Below are positions 38,694 to 52,165 of a DNA stretch of 64,000 nt, piece after piece. This DNA is from Mytilus edulis (lineage: Eukaryota). The notes under the pieces were generated by a model. It was given only the letters and a program-made list of their open reading frames with translations, was not told where the DNA came from and ran no database searches. How positions within the stretch are numbered: the first letter of the stretch is position 1; each line of letters starts with the position of its first letter. The position numbers and the translations under genes were made by a program. The stretch lies in assembly GCF_963676685.1 (NCBI RefSeq), contig NC_092352.1, positions 51,274,001 to 51,338,000 of the forward strand, written 5' to 3'.

Positions 38694-40954
38694 ACGTGTG
38701 AACTGGAAAGAAATTTGGTTACATGAACATAATTAAGAGATTTTTTTCAAATATAATTGTCATTTAATTTTTCCGTTAATAGCATCGTTTTACTTTGTCT
38801 ATTCACTAAAGTCTATATATATATCGTTTGTTAACACTATACAACTATTAGTACTTCTTTATTCAAGCATGCTATTACATATTACTATACTGATGAGCTG
38901 TATAAAAATGGATGTCAATTGATGTTTTCTCAAGTGTATTGATACACTATCATTATGATTGACAAGTATCATGATCTGTTGTTTGCACAACCTGATTTGC
39001 AAGTAACATTTAGAAAATAAGTGGGAGACAATAATTGTCATTCCATGCATGATGATTTCGATAGCGAAATCAATATTTGATTGGTTGAAACTATCACATG
39101 TGACGTCGAACAAAACATCATATTCCCCTCTGAACGTCGGGATTGCCTTGTGGGATGTTACCCATGGTTAATGTTCAATAAAAAATGTCGATACGGTTTG
39201 TTTTAAAAAATATTTCAAATATAAAAACAATTAGAAAAGAACAGATAAATAATTAACTTTAAATCGGTACTGATTATCATTGGGTATGTTGTGTTAAGTT
39301 ATTAAACAAAACGGATAAGAAAACAGTTATGTAAATTTGATATTCAGAAGTAAAAAAAAGTGACGGCAGTGGAATAAAACATTCATTTCCCTTAGCTTCG
39401 TGAGATATGAAGATTTTCACCCTTGAAAAGTCATATTTCCCTTTCAACTTATATTGACCCCTTATAAAAGAAAAACACTGTAGCTAACTAAAAATTACTG
39501 ATCATTTTACAAAATCTGCAGTAATATTACTAACAAATATGAATTAATGATTAAATAAGTTTTGTTGTTCCCCATCACTGGTGTGGAAGTGTAAATAATG
39601 AATGAAGTTATAAACACAATTCTTCAAAATCTGATGTCAACTAATATAAATTCTAATTTTAAGCATGGTATTCTTGTTTCACTGTTCTTGTTTGTTATTC
39701 ATTGCAAATTATATGTTGAATCATTAAGGATATTTTGAAAATATATTGTGCATGTATAACCTGATAATGTATAACTATACTAAGGAAATTGATTTAGAAT
39801 GTCATCAACATTCACATACTTTAATATACTAATGAATTTGCAATTCTTGATGTACAACATGTTCAAGCCAAAAGAAAAGCTAACATGTCAATGACAATAA
39901 AATGCAAGTCTGAGCTAGGCATGGTATCAAATATTGTATAATATAAACAAGTCATATTTGCAGATGTATAGCTACAAAATGTATGATTGAATCAACAGTT
40001 CATTGCTGGACTTTATCTCCTTCTTTAAAACTGTAGTTTAATTTTTTTTCCCCAAAAAATAAAAAAAATATTATGTAAGAAATGTGAAAGTCATACAATG
40101 TACATGTATTAAGTCACACAATATACATGTATAGTTACTTGTTATATAATGTGAAAATTCTTGTTACAAAATCTAGTTAAAATAGTTTCATACATGTATA
40201 TTCATGATATTGTTTTGAAAACCAGTGCAATCATAAATCCTCAGCAAAACTGTACCATGCATTGTTTTTGGGTTCATATTAGTCGCACATTATTTATTCT
40301 TTTATAATCATTTTTCAGAAACTCTACTCTAAGAACTGTTAATAAATTAAATGGAGCAGAATAATGTGTGTGTACATGTATGTGTGATATTTACTTGAGG
40401 CAAGTTTATAAAACAAAGAAATACGAAATTATAATAAAATTTATACATGAACTTGCATTTTGACCCTATGTTCTACATAATTATTTCTTGTTAAATGACA
40501 AGACGTGTTATCAGGCACATGAATTGTAGTATATATAACAAAATGAATAAGGCAATAATGATTGTGACAAAGTTTTTTTGTCAATGAACTACATGTACGA
40601 TTGGAAGGCTCACTTGCAACTATGTTCAGGGGAATAAGAATTGCATAAATATATGAGTTTTAATAACAGAAAATATTTCATTAAAAAAAACCGACCTGAA
40701 ATAACCGTTTTGCAACATTTTTTAAAGTTAATTTAAGTGATAATCAGTGTTGACCCCAGTAAACACTAAAACGTTTCATTTGTACCTGAAGTTTTAATGG
40801 TAATTTATAATCATCGATCGGCAACACTGTCATAGCCTAAATCTGCTTTCTGTTACCATTACAAACACAATCCATATTACTTTATTTAATTTTTTGAAGA
40901 TCCACTTTTGATAGAATTTTCTTTATATTTCGGGAATATATATATATATAATAT

Positions 40955-41125
40955 GTGTGGTCGTGTGGTCTAGCCATGCTAGCGGGATGGCTAGAGTGCA
41001 GGCGATTTGGTGTCACGATATCTCAGTAGCATGGGTTCGAATCCCGGCGAGGGAAGAACAAAAAATTTGCGAAAGCAAATTTACAGATCTAACATTGTTG
41101 GGTTGATGTTTAGACGAGTTGTATA
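40955..41125 (+). mobile_element. tRNA-derived SINE-like element
   Basis: B box GGGTTCGAATCCC, flanked by (TA)n on both sides. Confidence 0.8.
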
Positions 41126-41467
41126 TATATATATCATCAGAGACCTTATAAACTCTTAAATTAGAGGTTTTATTTATGATAAATATCACATCGCTAAATG
41201 GTAAACACATTCACATTAGCTTAATTTCAAAGTAAACAAATAACGTAGATCAAAATTAGCATGAAAAGTATCTGGATTCATAAAATCAACATGGTTAAAA
41301 ATAGAATGTTCTCGTACAAAATAAAATTCATCAGCTTTTCTTTAAAACAGGTCTTCTTGGAAATCTTCAAAACCATGGCGATACAGTTTAATATCACCAA
41401 AACATAGTATATATAATTACGTTTTATAACAGTAATTGAGTCAATATAGGTAACGGCGGAATGGACA

Positions 41468-41755
41468 CAACAGCAATACAGTCAACATTACGCAATACAC
41501 ATTACACGTGTAGTTCGACGGGTAAATCTGGGTCAACATCAATAAACAGTAAAAATGGCTCTTTTGATGAAATCGGAACTTTAGAATGAATGGCGATACA
41601 GTTATCACCGATACAAATTGAATAATGTCAAATGAAAATAGCATAAATATATAAACCGGATCCAAATGTTACGTAAATCAAATAATGTTGATGCAACGAG
41701 ATAAATCTCACGTGCTTTCTGGTTAAAAACGGAATACATGTAGACATTCATAAAT
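41468..41755. repeat. Unclassified ~290-bp interspersed repeat
   Basis: Direct homologue at 62038-62350. Confidence 0.8.
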
Positions 41756-42059
41756 AATTCACAAAGACAGTACGTACACGAGACGAGACATGGTCTGTTC
41801 TTCTCCTCAAAAATACAATTTAAATGTTGGTACTAGAATAAAAGTTCGGCTTAATTTTTAAAATCAATAAAAAGTTATTAGCATCATGGCGGAATAACAG
41901 GATCCATCAGGAACAATCGGTTAACTTTTTAAGTAAAAATATCCAAAATTCAATTAAAAATTAAACTCCAAAATATGTATAAATCATTATTCACGATCGT
42001 TTCGGGTCCCCACCATATTACGGACTAGGGGAATAGCTCTGGTAGCATGGATGGAGGCG

Positions 42060-43240
42060 ATTACATACGGACACATAAAAACACATCAGCTTCCATTTCT
42101 ACATTTTTAATCAGACAAAGATTGACGTCACAAACATAGATACAAAATACTGACAAAAGGGGAACAACTCTTTTTTACAAACAGAAACATAATCTGACCA
42201 TACATACTGATATCAAGAGGATATAAAACCAAAAACATCACAGACGCTTTTGATAAAGCCCAAGAAAAAGATCGAGCTAGCCTCATGGAATAAAAAGATA
42301 AGACGACCCGTGCAGATAGAATTCCGTTTGTTGTAACCTTCCATCCCGATTTGACAAATATTTCATCTACTATCCGAAAGCACTGGCGTCTTATCGAAAA
42401 TGACTCTTCCTTAAAAAGAAATTTTTCCATCACCTCCTGTTATTGCCTATCGCAGACCCAAAAATCTCAAAGACATACTTGTGACATCAAAAGTAAAGAA
42501 ACAAGAAACTTCTAAATTTGGGTGTTACAAACAATGCGGTAGAAGCAATTGTAAGTGCTGTAAAGCCGACAACACTGACCACTCTTTCACATTGTTTCAG
42601 CAGCACAGTAACAAAGCAGCGATACAACATCTATGTTACATCTAATTACAAAACGGAAAATAGTATTTATATTCTTACTTGTGGAACTTGCAAGCTGCAG
42701 TATGTTGGTGAAACAGAAACTAAATTCAACATCAGACTTAACAATCACCGGCCGTTCTATACAAAAGAAAGAAACTGTCCAATAACGAGACACTTCTTAA
42801 GAACAGGACATACTTTTGATAATATCACCTTTCAAATAATTGAGGTAAACCAAAATTGGGACTCCGAAAGGAGAAAACAGAGAGAAAGGTTCTGGATGCA
42901 TCAGCTACGTACTCTTGAACCTGATGGACTTAATGAGAGGGATGAAAAACAGTTCTACCCAAAACCAAAGGAATAGATCATGAATTTCATTCTATTTAAC
43001 TAAAACAACTATTTGTTAAGATTTAAAAATTGTTATGTACAATAAACGGCAAAAATATGTTTTATATACCCCATCAATCAATATGTTAAACTTTTACACA
43101 AATTTTGTGTAGCCGTCAAGCTACAAAGATATTTTTTGTCATGCATCCGATTTCACCTAGATAGATGCACACGCCCGATGAAGCTAATTTGTTTAGCGAA
43201 ATATTGCGTGAATAATATATAAAATATAACATCTAATTTT
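42060..43240 (+). mobile_element. 5'-truncated Penelope-like element (RT thumb/linker, GIY-YIG endonuclease, 3' region)
   Basis: RIPFVVTFHPDL, AYRRPKNLKDILV, then IYILTCGTCKLQYVGET...RLNNH...HF...RERFW..LRTLEPDGLN. Frameshifted. Confidence 0.9.
43170..43210 (+). ncRNA. Minimal type I hammerhead ribozyme variant in the Penelope 3' region
   Basis: CACGC-CCGATGA-A-GCTAA-TTTGT-TTAGC-GAAA-TA-TT-GCGTG: perfect stems I and II, palindromic stem III, U4-to-C change in the core. Confidence 0.75.
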
Positions 43241-43945
43241 ATAACACTCATTAGTGTGTTAAAGTTACATTCTTAGACACTTATATATAATATATAATAT
43301 ATGTATATATATATATCCAGATCCAGAAATCCAAAGTCTAGAACACTTACAGGCATCATTCCAAGAAACTGCAAAGAAAATAAGACTTCTAACATTGAAT
43401 AAACATTTGAAGTTGTATTGGAGATTTTACAAAAAAAAACATTATTGATCACTGGCAAATGATTGTACATTTTTTTAAGTTTTTTTTAATTTGATTTAAT
43501 GCATTACTTTATTCTTACTAGTTACATGCAAATATTTGGTTTACTAGACTTATTTTTATTAGTTATAAATTTTACTCTGATTTAATGTTTCACATAGACC
43601 AATTGTCAATAATTGAATAAGTCCAGGAATTCTAGGACATAACTGACCAACCTTTATAGAAATAAATGAAATGTAATCATATTTATTGAAGTACCCTTGA
43701 GAAAATGGTACAGGATATCACAGGATAATCTTGAGAAAAATCACAGGACAATCTTGCGATATCCTGATCCTGAGATAGGGTTTAACATGGGACGGTATTG
43801 GAACAAGGATATTCCAGGGATATCCAGAAACCATCCCGACCATAAATATCCTAGTAGAAAATCCTGTGATAATCCTGTGCTCAGGATTCATCAGGTCCTG
43901 GTATCAGGCAATAATCCTGATGTCAAGATTTACAGATTTGCTTGC

Positions 43946-46900
43946 TGTCGTGAATATAGGCCAAGAGACTTTAGCACTTGATCTTATGTAATTGTTTCCC
44001 GTACTTTCGCGCACACTATTGTTAATGTAACGTAACGTTATTGTTACGTATCTTATCTTACGATCATAAAGGTTCTGAACTAGCTTGACGTTATTTTCTT
44101 CCACAACAAAGGTGAATAACCCTCAAGATATTGGTGCCGTGACGAAAATCTCAACTAGAGATGAGTTCGAAACTCAAAACAGTACGAGCCGCACATCGAC
44201 GAGCAGTAATAAAGCTACTGAAAAAAGGAGACCCGACAGAAGAACCGCAACAAGATGTCGTCAACCTCAAATCCATGATGAAGCTTATCAAAACCAAGAA
44301 GAAGACATTGTCCGACCTCAATGAGAAGATTTTAGAATCTATTGAAGAAGAAGAAGAAGACCTCGACGAAGAAATTGAAGAAGTTGACAGATACGAGTTA
44401 GAGATTCAAATTGGAATAACGAAAATTGAAAAGTTCATAAAACAAGTAAGTGTTAGTCAGTCTAAAAATCAATCAGCTCTTAACCCTAATGTATCAGATT
44501 TTATATGCAATAACCCCAGCGTGCAAGAACATTCTAACCAGATACTTTTCAACTCAGAGCAAACAAGCCTAAGCCAGTCAAGCATGCCCAACTCCACAGT
44601 GTCAAGTCATTATAACAAATTACCTAAACTCAACTTGCCAACTTTCGGCGGAAATCTATTGGAATGGTCAGCCTTTTGGGATTCCTATAATAATTCCGTA
44701 CATGAAAATCCTTCATTGAGTGACGTGCAACGATTTAATTATTTAAAATCGCAACTTTATGGAGAAACTAGCCAGTGTATTTCGGGAATGCAAATGACTA
44801 ATACAAACTATAATCAAGCAATACAAATTCTACACGAGAGATTTGGCCAACAACACAAAATAGTAAACGCATACATGCAAAATTTGCTAAATTTGCATGC
44901 ACCAACGCCCGGAATTAGGGGACTGAAATCGTTCAATGACACAATAGAAAGTAATATACGTGAATTAGAAGGAATGGGTCGATATCAGGAATCGTACGGA
45001 AGCCTATTAATACCACTAATACTCAACAAGCTTCCATGTTTTGTCAGACAAAACATTACTCGAGACCACGGTAATGATGATTGGGATATTTCAAGTTTAC
45101 GCAAAGCAATAAAGAAAGAAATTTGTATCCAAGAGGCCGCTAACGCCAATCCTATTGAAACCGATATTATCCCCACCGCATCGTTCGTGACAGAAACTAC
45201 AAATAAAAGATGGAAGTCAACAGGGTCTAAAGATAGTAACAACAATAGTTCCGTTAAGATTAAAAGGCCGTGTTTGTTTTGTCAAAACCCGCATCACCCA
45301 AATGAATGTACAAAGATCACCGATATAAACGCCCGCACCCAAATCGTAAAGGAAAAACGAGTTTGCTTTAACTGTTTCGGTAATCACAAGGTTTCGGAAT
45401 GCAAGTCAAAATACAGTTGCCGAAATTGCAGTAAGAAACATCTTAGTAGCATCTGTCGTAATAATTTACTAAATGAAAACTCCACTTCAAATAAAAATAA
45501 AGCCGTAACAAAACCTGTCAACGAAGAGCTACAAAGTACCACAGAAACAAAGAGCGCCGCTATGCATTCTGCAGTTACAGCACATACCGACATTCTATTG
45601 AAAACCGCCGTAGCGCCCGTATGTTACCATGATGAAAGTGTTATGACTAACATTCTACTCGATGAAGGCGCCCAGAATTCATTTATTTCTCAAGAACTAG
45701 TAGAGAAACTCCATATCAAACCAACTGGTATAGTAAGCATGCAAATTTCTGCATTTGGCGGGAAAGAAGGTGATGTACGCAACCTGGAGAAAGCAACATT
45801 ATCCATTGAGACCGAAAGAAAAGAAAGAATTCCAATGGAAGTAATTATTGTTCCAAAAATTGCCGTACCGATACATATGAAGAAACGGGTAAACATTTAA
45901 GCTTGCCCTATTTACGAGGATGACAACTTGCCCACCCAGTCACGCAGGATGAAAAGTTTTCCATTTCACTTCTCGTTGGAGCAGACTACTACTGGTCTTT
46001 AGTACAAGATGAAATTATTCGAGGTGACGGACCAACAGCTGTTAAATCTAAAATAGGCTATTTGCTATCAGGACCACTGAACACAGATATCAACACTCAA
46101 CAATGGAACTCTACGATGATGAATGTCTTAGTTGCGCACAAACCCGAGGAGTGCGATTTACAGAAATTTTGGGAAATTGAGTCGAGCGGATTAGAGGCGG
46201 ATTCTAATGAAAACACAAAAAATGTACAAAACCTAATGCTTGAGTACCAAAACTCTAGCATAACATTTAAGGAAAATAAATATGTCGCAAAACTACCATG
46301 GAAACAATATCATCCCGAGTTACCCACTAATGAATATATATCAAGAAGGAGGACCCAGAATGTTATAGATAGGTTGGCTAAAGATCCGGATATGTTAAAT
46401 CTATACGACAAGATTATCAAAGAACAGGAGATGAAAGATTTCATAGAAAAGGTACCCATTACAGAAATAGATCGCGAGCATGGAAGAATCCACTACATAC
46501 CACACCATCCCGTTAAGAAAGATTCAAACACGACCCCTATTAGGATTGTATATGACTGCAGTTGCCATGGAAATCCAGATTTACCCAGCCTTAATGACTG
46601 CCTATCTTCAGCACCACCTATTTTAAATAAATTGACAAGCATTCTTACAAGATTTAGATTAGGAAAATATGGCATCACAACGGACATAGAAAAAGAATTT
46701 TTACAAGTAAGACTTGACAATGATGACCGAGACGCCACACGTTTCTTTTGGTTGTCCGATTCAACTGACCCAACAAGTGAATTGATTATGTACAGATTCA
46801 AAGTTGTTCTTTTTGGAGCAACGTGTTCGCCGTTTATTTTAAACGCAACATTACTGAAACATTTATCCATGAATCAGAGCAAAGTAGCAACAATTCTACA

Positions 46901-49900
46901 AGAAGATCTATATGTTGACAATGTACTATCTAGCATTAACTCGGAAGAAGCCACAATTAAATAATTCAATGAATCCAGAGAACTGCTAAAACAGGGAGGC
47001 TTCAATTTACGGTCATGGATGTCCAACAGCGACAAACTCAGAGATTTGGCCCTATCGGAAAAAGTATTGGATTCAGACAAGGACACTAAAATATTGGCAA
47101 TGCGTTGGGATGCAGAATCAGATACAATCAGCTTTGCCGAAACAAAACAATCAAAGATGGACACACAGTTGACAAAACGTGAACTTTTGAGACAGTCTCC
47201 CGCTATATATGACCCGTTAGGACTACTCGGACCGATAACAATTAGAGCAAAAACACTTATTCAAGAACTTTGGAAAAAAGGATATGCATGGGACGAGACG
47301 CTACCAAAAGAAATTGAAAACGAATGGACCGATGTGAAGAATGACATCTTACAGATAACTACGACACTTAAAATACAGAGATACTATTTTGCAAACCATG
47401 ACGAGGAAACAAGCGAAACTACTCTACACATTTTTGTTGATGCAAGTCAGAAAGCATACGGAGCTTCAGATTACTTGAGTAAAGGCACAGAGTCTACACT
47501 TTTTGTCGCGAAGAACCGTGTTGCACCGTTAAAATTGATAACTCTACCAAAATAAGAATTAATGGCTGCAGTGATCGGAGCACGACTCTCAAAAGATGTA
47601 ATCGAAAACTTAGGAGTTAAAAGAGCAGTATTTTGGAGTGATAGCCAAATAGTTCTACACTGGCTTACCTCATCGAAATCGTTAAACAAGTTTGTAAAAA
47701 ATCGTGTTAGTGAAATTAAAGAACTAAGTGAAACTCATGAATGGAAATATGTACCCACAGAAATGAACCCAGCTGACTTACAAACACGTGGATTAACTGC
47801 ATCGCAATTTGAAGATTCGACATTATGGATGAATGGACCCCAGTGGTTAACGGACGAGTGTAAATGGCCTACGTGGACAAGACATGTGGAAATAAGCACT
47901 CAGCTATCTAATATCACCGGACCAAAGACACACAGAAGTGACGATAAAGTACCAAGTGATCCGCAGCGAATATCACAAATCATAGACATGAACAGGTATT
48001 CTGATCTAAATAAACTTTTAACTGTAACTGGATACATCTTCGTGAAAGAGCTAGAACATATTTCGTTAAACCCGAAAGTTAAATCACTACCGCTTGTACA
48101 ACAGTTACGTTTATATTTGGATGAAAATGGAATCATACGATGTAAAGGCAGAATACAAAATTCATCTATAGACGAAAACGCGAAGTTTCCTATTTTACTA
48201 CCAAAGAACCACAAACTTACAGATTTTGTCATTATGGACGCACATCTAAGAAATCTACAAACAGGAGTCGGTCAGACAATAACACATATAAGGCAATCTT
48301 ACTGGATACCAGCAATTCGACAATGTGTGAACAGTGTCTTACGTAAATGCATACAGTGCCAAAAAATAATTGGTAAACCGTATAACAGCCCGGAACCACC
48401 ACCACTACCAAAGGATCGAGTAAAAGACACCATACCATTTTGCACAACTGGGATCGATTTTGCCGGACCTCTACACATCAAGGATACATCAACACAACCG
48501 CGAAAGGTATATATATGTTTATTCACATGTGCATGTATACGAGCTATACATTTGGAACTTGTACCTGATTTTTCATTGAACACTTTTATCCTAGCATTTA
48601 GACGTTTTATCAGTCGAAAAGGAACACCACAAATTATTTATTCTGATAACGCGCCTACATTTGTAGCCGCATCAAATGCACTTCAAAGTCAGCTGAATTT
48701 ACATATCAACTTGAAATTCATTCCGAAAGGAGCGCCGTGGTATGGCGGATGGTGGGAACGTCTAATTGGCTTAACGAAAATTGAAAAGTTCATAAAAGAA
48801 GTAAGTGTTAGTCAGTCTAAAAATCAATCAGCTCTTAACCCTGATGCATCAGATTTTATATGCAATAACCCCAGCGTGCAAGAACATTCTAACCAGATAA
48901 TTTTCAACTCAGAGCAAACAAGCCTAAGCCAGTCAAGCATGCCCACCTCAACAGTGTCAAGTCATTATAACAAATTGCCTAAACTCAACTTGCCAACTTT
49001 CGGCGGAAATCTATTGGAATGGTCAGCCTTTTGGGATTCCTATAATAATTCCGTACATGAAAATCCTTCATTGAGTGACGTGCAACGATTTAATTATTTA
49101 AAATCGCAACTTTATGGAGAAGCTAGCCAGTGTATTTCGGGAATGCAAATGTCATTTGAAGTGGAGTTTTCATTTAGTAAATTATTACGGCAGATGCTAC
49201 TGTGATGTTTTTTACTGCAATTTCGGCAACTGGAAAGGCAACTGGAAAGGAGCGCCGTGGTATGGCGGATGGTGGGAACGTCTAATTGGCTTAACGAAAA
49301 TGACATTAAAGAAAGTATTTGGTAAAGCACTCGTCAGCGAACAATCTTTGACAACAATACTCACTGAGATTGAAACTATTATAAACAATCGCCCACTTAC
49401 ATATATATCTTCAGATATAAGAGATCCCGAACCCTTGACGCCATCTCATCTTTTACACGGAAGGATTATTACGACCACAGAGATGCACAACGACAAACAC
49501 AACGCGAATATTCAAGAACTTGATACGATCACAGCAAACAAACTATTTGAGAGAAAAGGACTCTTATTAGACCATTTTGCAAAACGCTGGTCTAATGAAT
49601 ATCTTACCGGATTACGTGAATATCATCGAGCCTCTGGAAAACATACTGGACAAGTTAACATCGGTGACGTAGTTCAACTAGGAAGTGAATCGCCACGACT
49701 TTTATGGAAATTAGGAACAATAGAAGACGTCATCAAAGGAGGAGATGGACTTATTCGAGCAGCAAAAGTACGGACTTCTAGAGGACTAGTTACCACACGA
49801 CCAATTGTGAAGTTATATCCATTAGAACTATAGTAACTGTAAAAGGATTTTTGTGAAGGACAGTTAACGTAAAGTGAAATTACAAAAAACTTTCAATGTG

Positions 49901-50166
49901 ATCCATTTATAGAACTTTAAAGTTTTGATTATTTATCATTTAAAATAATTTTAATTCTTATGCATTTTGAGGCCCCCAGAATGTCGTGAATATAGGCCAA
50001 GAGACTTTAGCACTTGATCTTATGTAATTGTTTCCCGTACTTTCGCGCACACTATTGTTAATGTAACGTAACGTTATTGTTACATATCTTATCTTACGAT
50101 CATAAAGCATCTGAACTAGCTTGACGTTATTTTCTTCCACAACAAAGGTGAATAACCCTCAAGATA
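43946..50166 (+). mobile_element. Full-length, disabled BEL/Pao LTR retrotransposon
   Basis: 185-bp LTRs (43946-44130, 49982-50166; 3 mismatches), TSD CTTGC (43941-45, 50167-71), PBS TGGTGCCGTGAC (tRNA-His type), BEL-type GGCCCCCAGAA before the 3' LTR. Confidence 0.97.
44161..49833 (+). pseudogene. BEL/Pao gag-pol polyprotein, interrupted
   Basis: Gag LPKLNLPTFGG with three Cys/His knuckles, protease LLDEGAQ, RT YVDN, RNase H FVDAS, integrase GIDFAGP/SDNA/WERL, C-terminal TRPIVKLYPLE. Stops at about 45898, 46962 and 47553. Confidence 0.95.
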
Positions 50167-51789
50167 CTTGCATTGTGTTGGCCCTGGGATAATCCTTGTA
50201 TATCCAGTGAATATCCTGAAAATGTCCTCAGTTCAGGAGACAGGACCAATAGATGTCTTACATGTATTCTATACAGGATCCAGGGGGAGGGTTCTGCGAG
50301 TTGGAACCCCCCTTTTTTGGGAAATTTATGCATTTGAATGGGGATATATAGTTGGAACCCCCCCTTTTCAAAATGACTGGATCCGCCCCTGTCAGTGACC
50401 CAATATTAAAATTAAGTTATGCGTCAGATATATAAAAGGATACATGTAAAGTTCTGCTCCTTTCTGTGTTAATTGCCATCTCTGTTCTTCCAGATAGTAT
50501 TGCTGAATAAATGTAACTGAATTCTGCATGGAATCTGTTCACAATCAAAACTGGCAGCTCCATTTAATATTACAAAATTCTTCAACATCCTATGACCATA
50601 TGAGTTGACACCAGATATATATAGATGTAGTTTTTGGAACAAAGTTATTTCAAATGTCAGATATAACTATGTGCTCATTATACCAAAAAGTTGTTTTTAC
50701 AAAAACATTTTTTTATATCACTTGAGATGTATACGTACCCTTCATAAATCATTAAAGGGGTGGGCCTTTGTCAATCTGTTGCCTGGTGAAAGTTAAAACC
50801 CAGAAATGCATGTAAAGTTCTATTGAAGTATTTCCATTTTTCCTAAATTTGATCTATCCTGAGTAAAATTGGGACTTGTTTTTCATTCAGCAGTTCAGAA
50901 AAAAATTCCAAATTCAACAAGCTGGGCACAACCCAGGAAAAGTTAAACTAATATGCTTGATTTTTTAACTAATGAACACACTTGCTATCACATGTAGAAG
51001 GTGCCATATTGTAGATTTAATTCCAAACAATTCAATTGGAAAAAGAATTTCCTGTATACTGGGATTTTTTTTAACACCAATCAGTGGGGTATACCCTGAA
51101 AAAACAGACTTTTCCCTGACTTCAGACCGATCTGATTGTATGTTCCCAATGTTTTATTTGTAAGCTCTCATTTAGTGCCCTCTATTTGCACATAAGGAAT
51201 TAAATATCAAGACTACATATATTTATCATACATATCAGCTGGGAACAGTATATCTACTTCTTTTTTCTCTTGGTGCTCGTATAGATAGTAAAAAGGCATT
51301 GTAATCGACTAGTAATGGATTGAGACTTGTATACTTTGTAAAAAATGAAATACATTTTTTTTTTATTTTTTTTTTTAGTGGGGTCCAAAAAAGGGGGATC
51401 AATGCCCCAAATACCTGCGGTCTTTGATCCTAGTCCGAGATTACTCTGACGTCCAACGGCTGTTTTGCCAGACAAGCTGGGGCCGTGAGACGTCAGAGCT
51501 CGTCCCATATCAAAAAGTGGATATTTGCCCAACCAAAATAGATGCGCTGCTTCGTCGCTTCTGGTGCCGACTGACGGCCTTGGAATTATATAAATCGGGC
51601 ATCAATCTGTCCTTTTTCATTTATCTCTTCATTTATGTAAGTTTCACTAGTCCTATAACATATGACCTCGGGGGCATTATTTACTATTTCTATTTACTGT
51701 TCTGATATTTTTTTTTACTATCAATGTGCCACCCGAGGTCATATCGCGATAGGCAAAATTCGCGTAGTAAAAAAAAATTCTCAAATCAA

Positions 51790-52165
51790 CATGATACTCT
51801 CAAAGTAGAAACCTGTTTAAATGAGTATCGATACTCTCAAGATAGAAAACCATTAATAAGAGTATCGATACTCTTAAGGTAGAAAACTGTTTAAAAAGGT
51901 ATAAAAACACTCAAGGTAAAAAAAAAGCTGCTTTAAGAGTATCGATACATCCATGGAAGAAAACTGTTTAAAAAATTATTGGTACTCTCAACGTTGAAAA
52001 CTGTCGATACTCTCAAAATAGAAAACCGTTTTTAAGAGTATCGATACTCTCAACATGTTCAACACACTCAATGTAACCTGTTTAAAAGAATATTGATTCT
52101 CTTGAGGTAGAAAACAGTTTCAAAGAGTATCGATACTCCGTCAAAAATAAACTTATTTACAGTGT
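51790..52165. repeat. Minisatellite built on the palindrome GAGTATCGATACTC
   Basis: ~38-40-bp degenerate units (GAGTATCGATACTCTCAAGGTAGAAAACTGTTTAA). Looser copies continue to about 52440. Confidence 0.8.

Noticed and set aside
43695-43945. ORF 43697-43981 and AGGAT/ATCCT-rich tract
   Set aside because: A motif-rich older repeat that continues after the BEL 3' LTR (50172-50280). It is only the insertion target and is not coding.
44985-48583. Several minus-strand ORFs within the BEL element
   Set aside because: Antisense shadows of gag-pol with no independent features.
51790-52165. CRISPR-like palindromic array
   Set aside because: The 'spacers' are homologous to each other, so it is a minisatellite.
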